Assembly: GCF_001194135.2 (NCBI RefSeq)
Contig: NC_069007.1
Coordinates: 3,740,225 to 3,804,224 of the forward strand
Source: Octopus bimaculoides
Lineage: Eukaryota
Length of the DNA: 64,000 bases
Direction: 5' to 3'
Part shown: in pieces, positions 63,129 to 64,000 of the stretch
Layout of the letters: each line of letters begins with the position of its first letter
How positions within the stretch are numbered: position 1 is the stretch's first letter
Position numbers and translations under genes: made by a program
The notes under the pieces: model-generated
Told to the model about the DNA's origin: nothing
The model's database searches: none
Seen by the model: only the letters and a program-made list of their open reading frames with translations

Positions 63129-63800
63129 GAGACAGAATGAAACAGACAGATACAATTAGTCAAACGCGCGCGCGAATATATGTATCTGTGTGAGAGAGAG
63201 AGAGTGAATGAGGCAGACATATAGATACAAGTCAAAAACACACAAGTATTTGTATCTCTGCTTGTGTGTGTGTGTGTGTGTGTATTATAAGCGTGTGCAA
63301 GGAAAAGACAGACAAAAGTTTTAGCTAGACAGAGATGATAGATACTCAGTAGCAAAGAAAGGTAGACAGGTAGATAAATAGACAGACAGACAGAGAGACA
63401 GATAGACAGGTAGATAAATAGATAGATAGATAAACAGATAGATAGGGAGAGTGGGGAGAGATTAATAAATAAATAACAAGATAGATAGCTTGATAAAATA
63501 GACAGGCAGATAAGCAATAAATACATACATTCATAGCTAGCTAGCTAGATAAATAGATAGTTAGATAGATAGATAGATACATTTCTTTTATTAGCCACAC
63601 AGGGCTCAACGAAGATGGGACAAATACAATGTAGAGCTTTTCTTTTTGGGAGGGGGAAGGAAGGAAAAAAAAAAAAAAAAAAAAAATTGGTGGTGTCGAT
63701 CAAAAGGGATCGTAGGAGGAGAGATAGATAGATAGATAGATAGATAGAAACGTAGATAGACAGGTAGACAGGTAGAGGGAAAGAGCGAACGAGAGATGTG
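62850..63800. repeat. purine-rich tract with (GA)n, (GATA)n and (GACA)n
   Basis: Direct reading. Confidence 0.9.
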
Positions 63801-64000
63801 AATATCATGAACAGACGGATAGACATTCAGACGTAGAATATAACATACAGTGAGAGAGATGTGTGTGTGTGTGCGTTCACAAAACACCTTCAATCTGGGT
63901 TAAGAATTAGAGATTTGCGGTTAGTTTCCTTATGTTCAACACATCAAACAAAACATGTTGGCAAGTAATCAAAAAATGAATATATATATATATATATATA

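Noticed and set aside
15-63893. The supplied ORFs of 60-305 aa
   Set aside because: They are microsatellite or low-complexity translations, N-gap read-throughs, SINE/LINE remnants or chance frames; real exons here are 25-117 nt.

Overview
AT-rich, microsatellite- and SINE-dense eukaryotic DNA from a gapped draft assembly (14 N-gaps). The repeat families look like those of a coleoid cephalopod, most likely Octopus (inference from recalled repeat sequences, not searched). None of the supplied six-frame ORFs is a real gene. The window holds the 5' part of one spliced gene on the minus strand, boule (DAZ-family germline RRM protein). I rebuilt it by hand from splice signals: ATG-only exon (54434-54436, with a second candidate at 29531-29533), then 28912-29028, 19406-19497, 18046-18103, 5417-5476, 4733-4786 and 4117-4141. 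These give M-SSSDVSPCPTPVGTPISTQAPKYGTVIPNRIFVGGITTT-TTEAELKAFFTSYGTVKDTKIIADRGGVSKG-YGFVTFENQEDADRILKKE-AENLIFKDRKLNIGPAIRKQ-VHMTTQLLADLYAQGAAE-QVSPRSYG..., and the C-terminal exons must lie left of base 1. The introns carry several tRNA-derived SINE families, decayed RTE-type LINEs, TTAA-, TA- and 8-bp-TSD MITEs and Helitron-like ends. Highlights: a ~200-bp, ~97% identical inverted duplication that brackets the RRM exons (candidate circular-Boule signal), two templated inverted insertions, candidate alternative ATG-only first exons, an in-frame 54-nt post-RRM exon, a sharp CpG boundary near 42 kb, and a SINE orientation bias. All counts and alignments are by eye; repeat boundaries are approximate.
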